64,000 nt of DNA from Candidatus Fermentibacterota bacterium (GTDB lineage Bacteria; Fermentibacterota; Fermentibacteria; Fermentibacterales; JCC-6): assembly GCA_963845085.1 (NCBI GenBank), contig CAWJQI010000004.1, positions 800,001-864,000 on the forward strand. Reading direction: 5' to 3'. The position numbers and the translations under genes are program-made. The notes beneath the pieces are model-generated. The model was given only the letters and a program-made list of their open reading frames with translations. It was not told the origin of the DNA and did not search any database. Shown here piece by piece: positions 8,958 through 24,143 of this stretch (within the stretch, counting starts at the first letter, position 1; every line of letters starts with the position of its first letter).

Positions 8958-10277
8958 ATGCCATTCCTGAACGGCTCGCCTGAGGCCGCCTGGTCCGACT
9001 GCCTTGCCCGTGCGCGGGAAGGGCTGGGGCTCGATACATTCAATTCCTGGCTTGCGGGATCACGCTTCGTCAGCTACGAGTACGACACCTTTACAGTGGC
9101 ATTCAAAGACGATTTCAGCGCAGGTTTCGTTTCCACGCACTTTTCCGAGAAACTGCGCGCCATCCTTGCCGGTCTTCTCGATTGCCCCGACCTCCACTTC
9201 CGTGCCATCTCAGTACCGAGGAACGCGCCCACAAGGCGCGAAGCCCTTCTCCCAACGATGCTCCGTCCATCCTATACGTTCGAGCGGTTCATCGTCGACG
9301 ACAACAACAGGCTTGCATACGCAACGGCATTCTCAGCGGCTAAAAACATGGGTTCCGACCTTGCAAACCCGCTGTTCATCTATGGCGGCGTCGGCCTTGG
9401 AAAAACGCACCTCATTCAGGCCGTTGCGCATTACGTCAGCACGCACAGGCCGGATCTCGTTTTCCGCTACATCTCCAGCGAGGAGTTCGTCAATCAACTC
9501 ATCACCGCCCTGGGAAACAAGAGCACGATGGAGGAGTTCGAGCGTCGCTTCCGTGACGTTCACTACCTTCTTATGGACGACGTGCAGTTCCTCGGGGGCA
9601 AGGAAGTTTCAGAACAGAAACTGTTTCACATCTTCAACAACCTCTACCTTCAGGGACGCCAGATCGTTCTCACCTCGGACAGGCCTCCCCACGAGATCGA
9701 ACCCCTTGAAGAGCGCCTTGTATCACGGTTTCAATCTGGAATAGTGGCCGACATCAAACCCCCCGGCCTCGAGACGAGGGTCGCAATACTCACGCAGATA
9801 ACAAGGGAGCGCTGCATCTCGATAGACGAGGAAACCATGTACTACATTGCCGACACGGTGAAATCGAACATCAGACAGCTCGAGGGCATGATCAATCTGC
9901 TGGCCGTTCGCTCCCAGATACAGAACATCTCCATCACACGGGATCTCGTGCGCAACATCATCGCCGAGTTCCTGGGTGCGGGCACCCGGCACCTGAACCC
10001 CGGCAGCATCACGAGCGCGGTTGCCGAATCGTTTTCCATCAACCCCGCACTCATCAGGGGAAAGCAGCGCAAGCGGGAGGTCCTGATACCCAGGCAGGTT
10101 TCGATGATGCTCATCAGGGAATTGACCGACACCCCGCTGACGGAGATAGGGCGCTTCTTCTCCGGCAGGGATCACTCCACGGTTCTCAACGCCATTGCCC
10201 GCATAAAGGAGATCATCGCGGAGAACCCCTCACTGAAGCGACGCATTCAGGACATCCGGGAAAACCTCACAAGTTGA
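8958..10277 (+). CDS. dnaA: Chromosomal replication initiator DnaA
   Basis: YTFERF, NPLFIYGGVGLGKTHL, LLMDDVQFL, SDRPP, RLVSRF, NIRQLEG, GRDHSTV. Confidence 0.98.
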   Translation: MPFLNGSPEAAWSDCLARAREGLGLDTFNSWLAGSRFVSYEYDTFTVAFKDDFSAGFVSTHFSEKLRAILAGLLDCPDLHFRAISVPRNAPTRREALLPTMLRPSYTFERFIVDDNNRLAYATAFSAAKNMGSDLANPLFIYGGVGLGKTHLIQAVAHYVSTHRPDLVFRYISSEEFVNQLITALGNKSTMEEFERRFRDVHYLLMDDVQFLGGKEVSEQKLFHIFNNLYLQGRQIVLTSDRPPHEIEPLEERLVSRFQSGIVADIKPPGLETRVAILTQITRERCISIDEETMYYIADTVKSNIRQLEGMINLLAVRSQIQNISITRDLVRNIIAEFLGAGTRHLNPGSITSAVAESFSINPALIRGKQRKREVLIPRQVSMMLIRELTDTPLTEIGRFFSGRDHSTVLNAIARIKEIIAENPSLKRRIQDIRENLTS

Positions 10278-10526
10278 CGATGTGCACAACCCCCCTGTTT
10301 TCTGTTGATACCGCTGTGGATTTCCTGTTCACAACCGATTCCGATTTCCTCCTGTGGAAAAAGCCCTCCGCCCAACTGCCCTGCCCACAGATTTTCAACA
10401 ATGTGATCCCGTTGTCCTCCATGGTCGGAGCCTTACTTTTCCACAAATCCACATGTATAATTGTGATGACTATTCCTTAGATGTTTGAACCTACCTCTCT
10501 GTAATCCTGTGGAAGGAGAGAAGCAC
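10278..10526. other. oriC: oriC (dnaA-dnaN intergenic DnaA-box array with unwinding element)
   Basis: Several DnaA-box-like 9-mers (TGTGCACAA, TGTTGATAC, TGTGGATTT, TGTGGAAAA, TTTTCAACA). Tandem TTTTCCACA-AATCCACA at 10437-10453 is followed by an AT-rich tract. Gene orientation switches across this region. Confidence 0.85.
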
Positions 10527-11639
10527 ATGGTTAAGCTCCTCGTATCTTATGGAGACCTTCTGAAGGGCCTTAGCATTGTAGCCAACGCTCTTCCCCCCAA
10601 AACAAGCCTCCCTTCTCTTACGAACATCCTTCTTGAGACGCAGGCTGACAGGTTGAGTCTTGCTGCAACCGACCTCGATACCTCGGTCATCACCTCCGTG
10701 CCGGCAACGATCAGCACACAGGGATCTGTCGCCCTTCCGGGAAAAAAGCTGCTTGAGATAGTCAAGGAACTTCCCGGCGGAGACATTCACATCGGCGGAT
10801 CGGGCAGCAGGATCACAATCTCATGCGGGAACAGCAGTTTCATACTTGCCGGAAGCAGCAGGGAGAGTTTTCCCTCCCTTCCATCCGCAAGCGAGGTCAC
10901 ATTCACCGAGTTGCCGCTCAAGGCCATATCCGACGCAGTCAGAAAAACGGCGTTCGCCGTTGCTTCCGACGACTACAGGCCCGCACTGAACGGGGCGCTG
11001 TGGAAAATGAATGCAGACGGCCTTGAAATGGTTGCCACCGATGGCCACCGCCTCGCGCGCATGAGGCTTTGCGAAATGCACTCCGAGAAGAGTCTTGAGG
11101 CAATTGTCGCCCCGAAGGCGCTGAACCTTCTCGGAAGGCTCGGCGAGGACGAAAACATCCTTCTCGGGGCCCAGGGCACACAAATCTGTTTCAAATCGGG
11201 TGAAACCGTTGTTTTCAGCAGGATAATCGAGGGGCCGTATCCCCCCTATGAGAAGGTGATCCCCGGCGAAAACCCCTTCATACTCACCGTGAACAGGGTG
11301 GATCTCATATCGAGCCTGAGGCGAATGCGAATAATTGCGAACCCCGCCACCCACCAGGTCCGCTTTACTCTCGAACCCGGCAAGATGATCCTTCAGGCCG
11401 AAAACACCGACGCCGGTGAGGCGAGAGAAGAACTCCAGGCCCGCTTCGATTCCGACCCCCTCCAGATTGCATTCAATGGGGATTTCCTGATGGAGATCCT
11501 TAAAAACATGGACAGCGAGTCCGTCATCCTGAAAATACGCGACGGCGCGACCGCCGTTGTCATTGAGGAGCTTGAACAGGACCCGGGCATGGAGTACCTT
11601 GCGTTGCTGATGCCCGTACGTCTTGCGAACGCGGTGTGA
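10527..11639 (+). CDS. dnaN: DNA polymerase III beta sliding clamp
   Basis: LAATDLD, RPALNG, VATDGHRLA, SRIIEGPYPPYEKVIP, IAFNG.FL, LLMPVR. SD GAAGGAG precedes ATG 10527. Confidence 0.97.
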   Translation: MVKLLVSYGDLLKGLSIVANALPPKTSLPSLTNILLETQADRLSLAATDLDTSVITSVPATISTQGSVALPGKKLLEIVKELPGGDIHIGGSGSRITISCGNSSFILAGSSRESFPSLPSASEVTFTELPLKAISDAVRKTAFAVASDDYRPALNGALWKMNADGLEMVATDGHRLARMRLCEMHSEKSLEAIVAPKALNLLGRLGEDENILLGAQGTQICFKSGETVVFSRIIEGPYPPYEKVIPGENPFILTVNRVDLISSLRRMRIIANPATHQVRFTLEPGKMILQAENTDAGEAREELQARFDSDPLQIAFNGDFLMEILKNMDSESVILKIRDGATAVVIEELEQDPGMEYLALLMPVRLANAV

Positions 11640-11657
11640 TGAAAGGTTCTTCCACTG

Positions 11658-16348
<4,691 letters not shown>

Positions 16349-16352
<4 letters not shown>

Positions 16353-19300
16353 CCCGCAAGGAAGCCCTGAAGCAGATGCTCGCCACCTGGCTCTCGGTGC
16401 ACGGCGAAGATTCTGCCTCACCTCCTTCCGTATCGGTTCCGGCACTGCCCTTCGTTCACCCTGAAAACCTTTCCGCGCCGCCGGCCACCATCAGCGCCCT
16501 TGAAAGCCTGCCCCTCTTCAGGAAGTGGGGCGAGCTTATCCCCATCACGGCGTCGCTTCTCACCGGCATGGAGGCCGGGGCAGGCGGTTCGGTATTTAAA
16601 AAACTGCAGGCGATCTCATCGCCTCCCGTGTCAGCCGGGCTTGCGGGGGACTGGTTCAGGGCGCTGCACCTGCTTCCCAGAGACCTCTGGAGCCTTGGGG
16701 TCGAGGGATTCCTTCAGCTTGCGGGCATTCACGCAAAAACAGGGGATGCCTCCAGGGAGACCGCGCTTTCAGCAGTTCTCTGCAGCTGGTTCCGTGTTCT
16801 CAGAAGCTGCGGCGACGGAAACCTCGGAGAGGAAGCCGCAGCGTTCTGCCTTGACCTTGCGGGCTTCTGGCCCTCCCACTTCGCATACCTTTGCGACAGG
16901 CTTTCCTCGGGCGGGGAGGAAGTTCACGAGGCACTGAAAAAGGCGGTGGAATTCAAGGAAGTTGCCGAGGCCAACCGGGCGGTCCTCATGGACTTCGCGG
17001 CCGACATCGGTTGGCTGTACCCGGGAGTCGAGTACGCACCCCTCTGGGAGATAGTCGCCAGGAGGGGAATGCCGATCTACAGAAGGATAGCCGAGGGCAT
17101 GGCACCTATCGGCTCCCTCAGGTTCTTCTGCGGAGCAATGAACGGATTGAAGAAGAGAAGGGGGATCGGAGAGTTTCTCTCGGAAGAGAGAGTTCACAGG
17201 GCCATGGTTCTTTTCAGGACCGACGACCCTGACGTGGTGACCTCCGTACTCAAATCCAGCCCTGTCGCCTGCTCCCATCTTGACTCCCAGATGGAGATCG
17301 ACCTTGCGGTCGAGTTGCTTTCGATACGGCCGTCGGGAGGTGAGAACCCCTTCCGGATGGGTGAGCTCTTCATCGAGATGGTTGACTCGGCGCAGAAGGG
17401 TGTTACCTACCAGGGCCTTGTCAAGTTCCTCGCCGGGATGCAGGGAAGGATCGAGGGCGAAACCCTCGAATTCGTCTGCGGCTACCTTTCCGACGCCGGC
17501 GAGAAGTGCACCTATACGGCAGTCGACGTCATGAGGCTTTACAGGATAACCGACAGCGTGATCTCGGTGGGAAGGACGCCCGACAGGAAAAGCCTGAGAA
17601 CCGTTTTCAGGGCGCTGGACGGATCGTCCTCGGGAAGAAAGGGGCTCGCGGTTCTTGAGCGCGCGATGCTGCGCCGCGGAAGCCATCAGCCGCACCTTGC
17701 AGCCGTCGCCTCCCTTCTTGTAAGGGCTGCTCCCGACGACGATGCCGCTGCGTACCTTCACCGCACACAGAGCATTGCGGGCGTGTTCGCCCTTCTCACG
17801 CCGGTGGACAGAAGCAGGCTTTCCTCGGGGCTTGCCCCCGCCTGGATGGAGAAGCTGCTCGACGTTGAGCCTGAGGCTGAAAAGACTGTGATCCAGTTCC
17901 TCGGGCGCGTCGAGGATCCATCAAGGCGACTCAGGTTCCTCGACATGGTTGTGGCACCCCTGATGCAGGAGGTCAGCGCATCCGACCCGCTGTTCAGGGA
18001 CTGCCTCGCATTCGCGGTGACAGGGTACAACTCCGCCCCCGAGCAGGACAGGTTGAGGGAAGCCGAGAACCTCACCCTTCAGCGCGTGTTCAGGGCAGGG
18101 GGCAGGGTGGCCGCCCTTGATCTATTAATGCAGGACCTGCTGACCCCCCCGGGGCTTTCCAGGGGCAGGTCGGAAGAGCTGCTCTCCGGAATCCGGGCCA
18201 TCTGTGACAGGTTCAGCAGGCAGGCTGTCTGGCAGGAGGGGTTCGACAGCATTTTCTCGAGCTTCCTCGACATTGGCATCAGGCGGATACTCAACGCCTT
18301 CATGGAGGTTCCTGATGCCCTTGATTCGATAAACAGCAGGTTCATAGCACGGCTGGCCGACACCCTCATGCCTGTCCGGACCGCGGGCACCAACGTCTCC
18401 ACAGGTGCCGGACGCACCGCCACAGCCTTCTTTACCGAAGTGCTTCCGGAAAGTGTTTTTTTCTACCATAAAAAACTTGAGATCCTTGCGGGGTTCCTCG
18501 AAAATGTTATCGAACTCGCCCAGCGCGGCATCGGTGGAATTCCGGCGGGAGAGGACTTTCTCATCCATCTGGCCAGGGAGATCCAGGAGAGCAGGGCATT
18601 CGAGCTTTCCACGGCGCTCGAGGCATGGCTCCGGGGCAGCCCCGCCCCAACTGCGGAAACTGATCATTTCAGCCCGGAGGAGATCCTTTCTTCATGGTCG
18701 GTGATCCATGAGGCCCAGGAAGTACCCAGGAAGCGGATAGGCGGCGTGGCGGCCCTGATGACTTCGGCACAGCCCCGCAGGGAGGAGTTGCTGCGAATCT
18801 GCTCGACATTGAGCGCAGGGCTTTCCTCGGCAGGGGTTCCGGGAGGGGATTCCCTCGGGTACCATTGCGACAGACCGGCGCTTATAAGGCTGAAGACCAT
18901 GCTTGGGGAGCGAAGGGACCCGCTCGATTTTTTCGTCGCCCTGAGGAGGGGACAGCCTCAGCACGGAGACGAGAAAGCCATCGCCGAGCTGAACGAGGCT
19001 GTTGCGAACACGGGTGACGACCCTGTCCACGCATGGGCTTCCGCAACCCTTCCCCCCATTTTGAACTGCGCCCTGATGATCCTTCTCGCAGAATCCACCG
19101 ACTCTGACAAGTCTCAGCAGATTGCAGCCTCCATCGCCGAGGTGGTTGACTTCCTCGGGGCGGACAATGCCTCAGAGCTTCTCATCATGGTGGCCGACTG
19201 CCTTTCCACAGCCGTTTTTCCGGGCCAGTCCGCCGACCTTCTTGAGAGGCATCTCTTCGGACCGATGTGGAAAACACGCGCCCTGGACAGGATAGAGCTT

Positions 19301-19903
19301 CTTCTTGCGGGCCGGAGCGAGAGGCGCAGGCTTCTTGAGATGTGCCTTGAAAGGCTTTCCCTTGAAAACGGAACCCCGGAAAGGGTTTCATTCGTGCGGC
19401 GTTACGGGACGATGTTCATCTGCGTGTGGGGCTACATACTGGAGAAGCTTGCGCAGGATCCCGAAAACGCCCTTTCGGCGGCCATCTCTTCTTCATGGGT
19501 ATTCGCCGGCGGCGCCGCCTCTCCGCAATATCCCGCCGCGCTCCAGGAAATCCACGATCTCGTCCGCGACGAGGTCAGAAAGCAAAGACATGCCCATGGT
19601 GTCGTGTCCGCAGAAGAAGCACGGGAGATCAGCGCGGACATGCGGCGGAAGTACAGGGACAACGCCGATTCGGTTGCCATTCTGCTCCGCTGGACTGTCG
19701 ACCCCGCAAGGGAGGAACTCCTCAAGCTGCTCGAAGAGAACGAAAAGCTCCTTCAGGCGGTCAGCACGGACCAGGAGCTGCTTCACCTGCTGGACCGTTT
19801 CGGCGACAGAAAGGACATAATGGAAGAGGCCGCGCTGCTTGCCGGAGATCCGGAAAAGCTGAAGAAAAGCCTTGCCGCCGTGTCCCGGAGGAAGAATGGC
19901 TGA
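16349..19903 (+). CDS. Large hypothetical protein (1184 aa), probably alpha-helical
   Basis: Long uninterrupted ORF with host-like codon usage. ATGA overlap with gyrA and an 8-nt overlap with the next gene. No family motif recognised. Confidence 0.8.
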
Positions 19904-20870
19904 AAGGATACTTGTCCTGTCAACCGGCGGGACGATAGAGATGGCTCCCGGCGAACGCGGGCTCGTCATCGGCCCGGGCATGGAGTTCGACCGGCATACC
20001 GCAGGAATTCCCGAATCCATCGAGCTCCGGAACGAGAGGATGTTCAGCCTTCCAAGCCCGCACCTGACGCCTGATCACATGCTGAAACTTACGCTCAGGC
20101 TTCAGGATCTCGAGACCTCTGGCGAGTACAAGGGCGTTGTGGTCACACACGGAACCGACACCCTTGAAGAAAGCGCATTCCTGGCCGACCTTCACCTGCG
20201 GGGCACAACACCCGTTGTTTTCACGGCAGCCATGCGAAGTCCGGGCGAGCTTGGCGTGGATGGACCCAGAAACCTCAGGGCGGCCATTCTAACCGCAAAT
20301 TCGGAAATTCATGACTTCGGAGTAACAGTGGTTCTCGGTGACGAGATCCATGCGGCTGGCCGGGTCACCAAGACATGCACGTCGAACACCAGCAGTTTCA
20401 ATTCGCCGGGATACGGCCCCCTCGGCTTTGTTGATGAAGACGGTGTGATCCTTCACAGAAGACCGCTCTGGCGTCTGTCGGTGCCCCCCGGCCCGGCTGT
20501 TCTCGATACAAGGGTCGGCCTTGTCAGGTGTGCAGCGGGCTTCGGAGGCGAGCTTGTCGACTTTCTTGTCGGGCAGGGCAGCAGGGCGATCGTGATCGAG
20601 GCACTCGGTCGGGGCAATGTGCCCCCCGACACGGCCCACGCGATCAAAAATGCCATCGCAGCCGGGCTCGTGGTGGTGATCACAAGCCGCTGCTACGAAG
20701 GCAGGGTGCTGGGCGTGTATGCGTACGAGGGCGGCTGTGTCGATCTGATGGCTGCCGGTGCGCTGACTGCTGGGGATATGCAGGGTCACAAGATCAGGCT
20801 GATGCTGATGGCCTGCATCGGGCGTGGCATGGGACGGGATGAGATCAGGGGTCTGCTGGGGCGTCTCTGA
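19896..20870 (+). CDS. ansA: L-asparaginase (cytoplasmic asparaginase/glutaminase family)
   Basis: STGGTI and VVVTHGTDTLEES catalytic motifs; no signal peptide. Confidence 0.9.
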   Translation: MAERILVLSTGGTIEMAPGERGLVIGPGMEFDRHTAGIPESIELRNERMFSLPSPHLTPDHMLKLTLRLQDLETSGEYKGVVVTHGTDTLEESAFLADLHLRGTTPVVFTAAMRSPGELGVDGPRNLRAAILTANSEIHDFGVTVVLGDEIHAAGRVTKTCTSNTSSFNSPGYGPLGFVDEDGVILHRRPLWRLSVPPGPAVLDTRVGLVRCAAGFGGELVDFLVGQGSRAIVIEALGRGNVPPDTAHAIKNAIAAGLVVVITSRCYEGRVLGVYAYEGGCVDLMAAGALTAGDMQGHKIRLMLMACIGRGMGRDEIRGLLGRL

Positions 20871-20936
20871 GGGATTGGCCCCCTGGCCTGCCCAGAATTA
20901 GGTTATCATGTTCTGGCGACTGCCCACGGAGGAAAG

Positions 20937-21299
20937 ATGGCACGGAGGCATGAGGGGTTCACCATTGCCGTGATACCCCATTCAGCCCATGGAAAAAGGC
21001 GGGAACTGCGCGTTACCGGGGCGGGTGTTCCCCTGTTCCGTGCGGCCTTCGTTCTTGTGCTGCTCATGATTGCCGTCTCAGTCTACATGTCGGTGACAGG
21101 GGTCGTCGGCCAGTCAAGGCTTGTATTGATGGATCAGCGCATTGCCGGGCTTCAGGATTCGCTGGCGATGACCGCTGCCGTCGGCGAACGCCTGGATGCC
21201 ATTGAAGAGCAGCTGGAGGAGATCAGGACCATTCGCAGGGTGATAGAGAACCTTGCCACCCAGGGTGCCCCTCCGGCAGAATTGTCGAACGGAGAATGA
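20937..21299 (+). CDS. Single-TM/coiled-coil protein resembling the N-terminal half of bactofilin-associated M23 peptidases
   Basis: FTIAVIPHS..KRRELRV, a hydrophobic helix and a short coiled coil. SD GGAGG; ATGA-coupled to bactofilin. Confidence 0.65.
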   Translation: MARRHEGFTIAVIPHSAHGKRRELRVTGAGVPLFRAAFVLVLLMIAVSVYMSVTGVVGQSRLVLMDQRIAGLQDSLAMTAAVGERLDAIEEQLEEIRTIRRVIENLATQGAPPAELSNGE

Positions 21300-21661
21300 A
21301 AGTGGGTAAAGAAGACGCCGGCAACGCCATTAACTCGATTATCGGGGCGGGAAGCACGTTCACCGGAACGCTGAACGTTCAGGGCGGCCTCAGGGTTGAT
21401 GGGCTTGTGGATGGGGAGGTCAATGTATCCGCCACGCTTACCGTGGGACACGAGGGCCGCATCAAGGGCGAGATCACGGTCGCCCAGGCGGTGATCGGCG
21501 GTGCCATCAACGGAACCATCAAGGCCGAAAACCAGCTTGAGCTTCAGAACGGTTCGAGGGTCGAGGGCGACATTTTCACGAGAAGCCTGGTGATCGAGGA
21601 GGGCGTTTTCTTTCAGGGCCACTGCAGTATGAGTGGCAGGGAAACCCCCCAGCGGAGCTGA
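21296..21661 (+). CDS. Bactofilin (polymer-forming cytoskeletal protein, CcmA-like)
   Basis: SIIGAGSTFTG.L...GGLRVDG.V.G...L.VG.EG.I.G...I.G.I.A...LEL...RVEGDI....L.IEEG..F.G.C.M beta-helix repeats. Confidence 0.92.
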   Translation: MKVGKEDAGNAINSIIGAGSTFTGTLNVQGGLRVDGLVDGEVNVSATLTVGHEGRIKGEITVAQAVIGGAINGTIKAENQLELQNGSRVEGDIFTRSLVIEEGVFFQGHCSMSGRETPQRS

Positions 21662-21671
21662 CGGGGGGCGA

Positions 21672-21769
21672 TGTGGAAAACATGCCCTTTGTGTTGATAA
21701 CCGTGTAAATGCTTTATTCACAAACGGTAACCTTTGTTTTCTAAAGCCGTTTGGCATTTGATATCCACA
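21672..21769. promoter_or_regulatory. Secondary DnaA-box cluster upstream of the V/A-ATPase operon
   Basis: TGTGGAAAA (21672-80), TGTTGATAA (21692-700), TTATTCACA (21714-22) and ATATCCACA (21761-69): one exact and three single-mismatch matches to TTATNCACA in an AT-rich gap. Confidence 0.6.
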
Positions 21770-21809
21770 ACTGCACTGTTGCCAGTGTCCAGCGGAAGGG
21801 TGGATTCAG

Positions 21810-22124
21810 TTGAGTGAGAGCCTTGCATCTCTTCTTGCGGCGGAAGCCCGGGCGGCTGAGCTTTTGGAGAAGGCGGGCCGCGAGGCCCAGGCGGAGCGTA
21901 ACTCTATCCCGGCTGCCCTGAAGGAGCTTGAAGACAGGTATGAAAGCGCTCTGGCCGCAGCCGGGGAGAGAGAGATGGCAGGTATTGTCGCGGAGATCGA
22001 GTCATACAGGATCGAGCTGCACCGGAAGAAGATCGAGCTTGAAGAGGCCTTGAAACAAAGGTCACTCGAGCTGCACCCGCAGGCGCTTGAGCTCCTCCGC
22101 GGCAGAATCCTGCGGGGCGACTGA
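21810..22124 (+). CDS. V/A-type ATPase peripheral stalk subunit G/H
   Basis: Charged helical protein (AAEARAAELLEKA..EA); first gene of the ATPase operon. Confidence 0.65.
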   Translation: MSESLASLLAAEARAAELLEKAGREAQAERNSIPAALKELEDRYESALAAAGEREMAGIVAEIESYRIELHRKKIELEEALKQRSLELHPQALELLRGRILRGD

Positions 22125-22125
22125 A

Positions 22126-24111
22126 ATGGCCCGGGAAGAAGTCGTCAAGACCGAAATTCTTTGCCACAACTCCCACCGGTTCGACGTGCTGAAGCTTCTT
22201 GAGCGCTCCGGCATGGTTCACCTGTCCGACGCCGATGCCGGCGGATTGTCGGGGTTTGCACCGGTTTTTCCGGAGAGCCTCGAAGAGCTGCGCGAGCTCA
22301 GGCTGAGGCTTGAAAGGGCGAACCAGTTCCTTTCCGCCTTCAGGGAGGTCGGGAAGCAACCCGAGCAGGTGGTAACCCGGGAAGCCCTTGAGCGAATCTA
22401 CGGCGACCCTTCGGTCCGTGTTGCCGCGGAGGAAGCGGTGGCGCTCCAGGGTGAGATCCTTGAACACGGCCAGCGCATTCGTGACCTTGAGTTGAAGAGG
22501 GAATACGTCGAAAGGTTTCGCTCACTGTCATGCCGTTTCGATCTTGTGGGCAGAAACGGCGACTTCACGGTAATCGCGGGAACCCTTCCCGGCGCTGCCG
22601 ATGCAGCGCCCCTTCTCGCAGGCGAATTCGACATGGCGGACTTCTCGGTGCTTGAAGGCGATATCCTTCTTTCGGTGGTGCACTCCTCCCGGTTCGATGC
22701 CCTTTCCGAAAGGCTTGCATCGAAGGGGTTCATCCCGGGAGAGTTCGCGGGGCTCTCGGCCGAACCGGCGGAAGAGCTGTCCAGGCTGGACCGCATGATC
22801 GGAACAACCCGGGAGACGCTCGCGAAGGCCACTGATAAAGCCCGGGATCTTGTCACCAGGCTCGATGAGATCAGGATGCTCTACGATTCCACAGGACTTC
22901 TGATTGCAAGGGGCGAGGCTGCCTCGGGCGGGCTCTCATCATCGAGCGTGCTCGTCCTGCACGCCTGGATGCGGAAGGGTGATGTGCCGCATCTTCGTTC
23001 CGAGCTTGAGAAGCTTGCGGCGGCAGGAATTGAGGAGATCGAGCCCGGTGACGGGGAGACACCTCCGGTGTTCCTGTCCGAGCGAACCACAGTCGATCCC
23101 TACCTCATGCTGACCGACATGTTCGGCAGGCCCGCCGGAGCGGATCCCGACCCCACGCCTCTTTTCGCTCCGTTTTACGCGCTGTTTTTCGGAATCTGCA
23201 TCGGGGATGTGGGATACGGCGCCGCTCTTATCCTCGGCAGCGCACTGGGGTGGTGGATGACGGACAGGCGCGGCGGAAATTCCAGACTGTTCAGGCTCAT
23301 CTTTCAGGGCGGGATAGTGAGCATCTTCACCGGGATCCTTCTCGGAGGCTGGTTCGGGATAGACTTCAATCTGCTTCCGCCATTGCTTCAGGCGCCGGCA
23401 ATGCTTCTGAACAACCTTGTCCCGGGCTACGCGCCGGGCAAACCTGGCTTTTCGGTCTCCAACCAGTTCCTTTACCTCACCCTCGGACTGGGGCTGCTTC
23501 AACTCTCATGGGGCGTGATCGTTAACCTTCCCAAACGACTCAGACAGGGGGAGGGCATGGTCGCTGTGCTCGAGCAGGGCGGCTGGATGCTTTCCATTGC
23601 CGGCCTCTTCCCCTGGCTCTTCAACCGGTTTCTCCTCAACGGAGCTTTGTATGACATCAGCGGTCCTGCGGACAAGGTGTTCCTGATCATGCTCGGCGCC
23701 GGGGCGCTTCTTATCTTCATCATGGGCGGCAGGACTGCGGGAAGCATCGGGGGCAGGGTCGGGCTCGGGGCATACGCCGCTTACGGGATCATCAACCTGC
23801 TTGGAGATGTGCTCAGCTACTCCAGGCTTTTCGCCCTGGCGCTGTCCGGCTCCATCATAGCCCAGGTGATCAACGAGATAGCGGGAATGCTCGCCGGAAG
23901 CATCGCGGGCGTGGGGATCGTTCTCGCAGTCGTTGTACTGGTGGCAGGCCACGCGTTCAACCTGGCAATGGCCGTGCTCTCCGGTTTCATTCATACGGCC
24001 AGGCTCCAATTCGTTGAGTTTTTCGGAAAGTTTTACGACGGAACGGGCGTCCCGTTCTCTCCGCTTCGGTACCGGCCGCGTTTCGTGCGCATAGGGGATT
24101 CGACATCATGA
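22126..24111 (+). CDS. ntpI: V/A-type ATPase subunit I (a)
   Basis: DPTPL..FFG...GDVGYG, GDVLSYSRLFALAL, HTARLQFVEFFGKFY. Confidence 0.95.
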   Translation: MAREEVVKTEILCHNSHRFDVLKLLERSGMVHLSDADAGGLSGFAPVFPESLEELRELRLRLERANQFLSAFREVGKQPEQVVTREALERIYGDPSVRVAAEEAVALQGEILEHGQRIRDLELKREYVERFRSLSCRFDLVGRNGDFTVIAGTLPGAADAAPLLAGEFDMADFSVLEGDILLSVVHSSRFDALSERLASKGFIPGEFAGLSAEPAEELSRLDRMIGTTRETLAKATDKARDLVTRLDEIRMLYDSTGLLIARGEAASGGLSSSSVLVLHAWMRKGDVPHLRSELEKLAAAGIEEIEPGDGETPPVFLSERTTVDPYLMLTDMFGRPAGADPDPTPLFAPFYALFFGICIGDVGYGAALILGSALGWWMTDRRGGNSRLFRLIFQGGIVSIFTGILLGGWFGIDFNLLPPLLQAPAMLLNNLVPGYAPGKPGFSVSNQFLYLTLGLGLLQLSWGVIVNLPKRLRQGEGMVAVLEQGGWMLSIAGLFPWLFNRFLLNGALYDISGPADKVFLIMLGAGALLIFIMGGRTAGSIGGRVGLGAYAAYGIINLLGDVLSYSRLFALALSGSIIAQVINEIAGMLAGSIAGVGIVLAVVVLVAGHAFNLAMAVLSGFIHTARLQFVEFFGKFYDGTGVPFSPLRYRPRFVRIGDSTS

Positions 24112-24143
24112 TAACAACCACCATTCCACAGGGAGGACAGTAA

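Noticed and set aside
10274..10480. Small ORFs between dnaA and dnaN
   Set aside because: They coincide with the oriC DnaA-box array and lack coding features.
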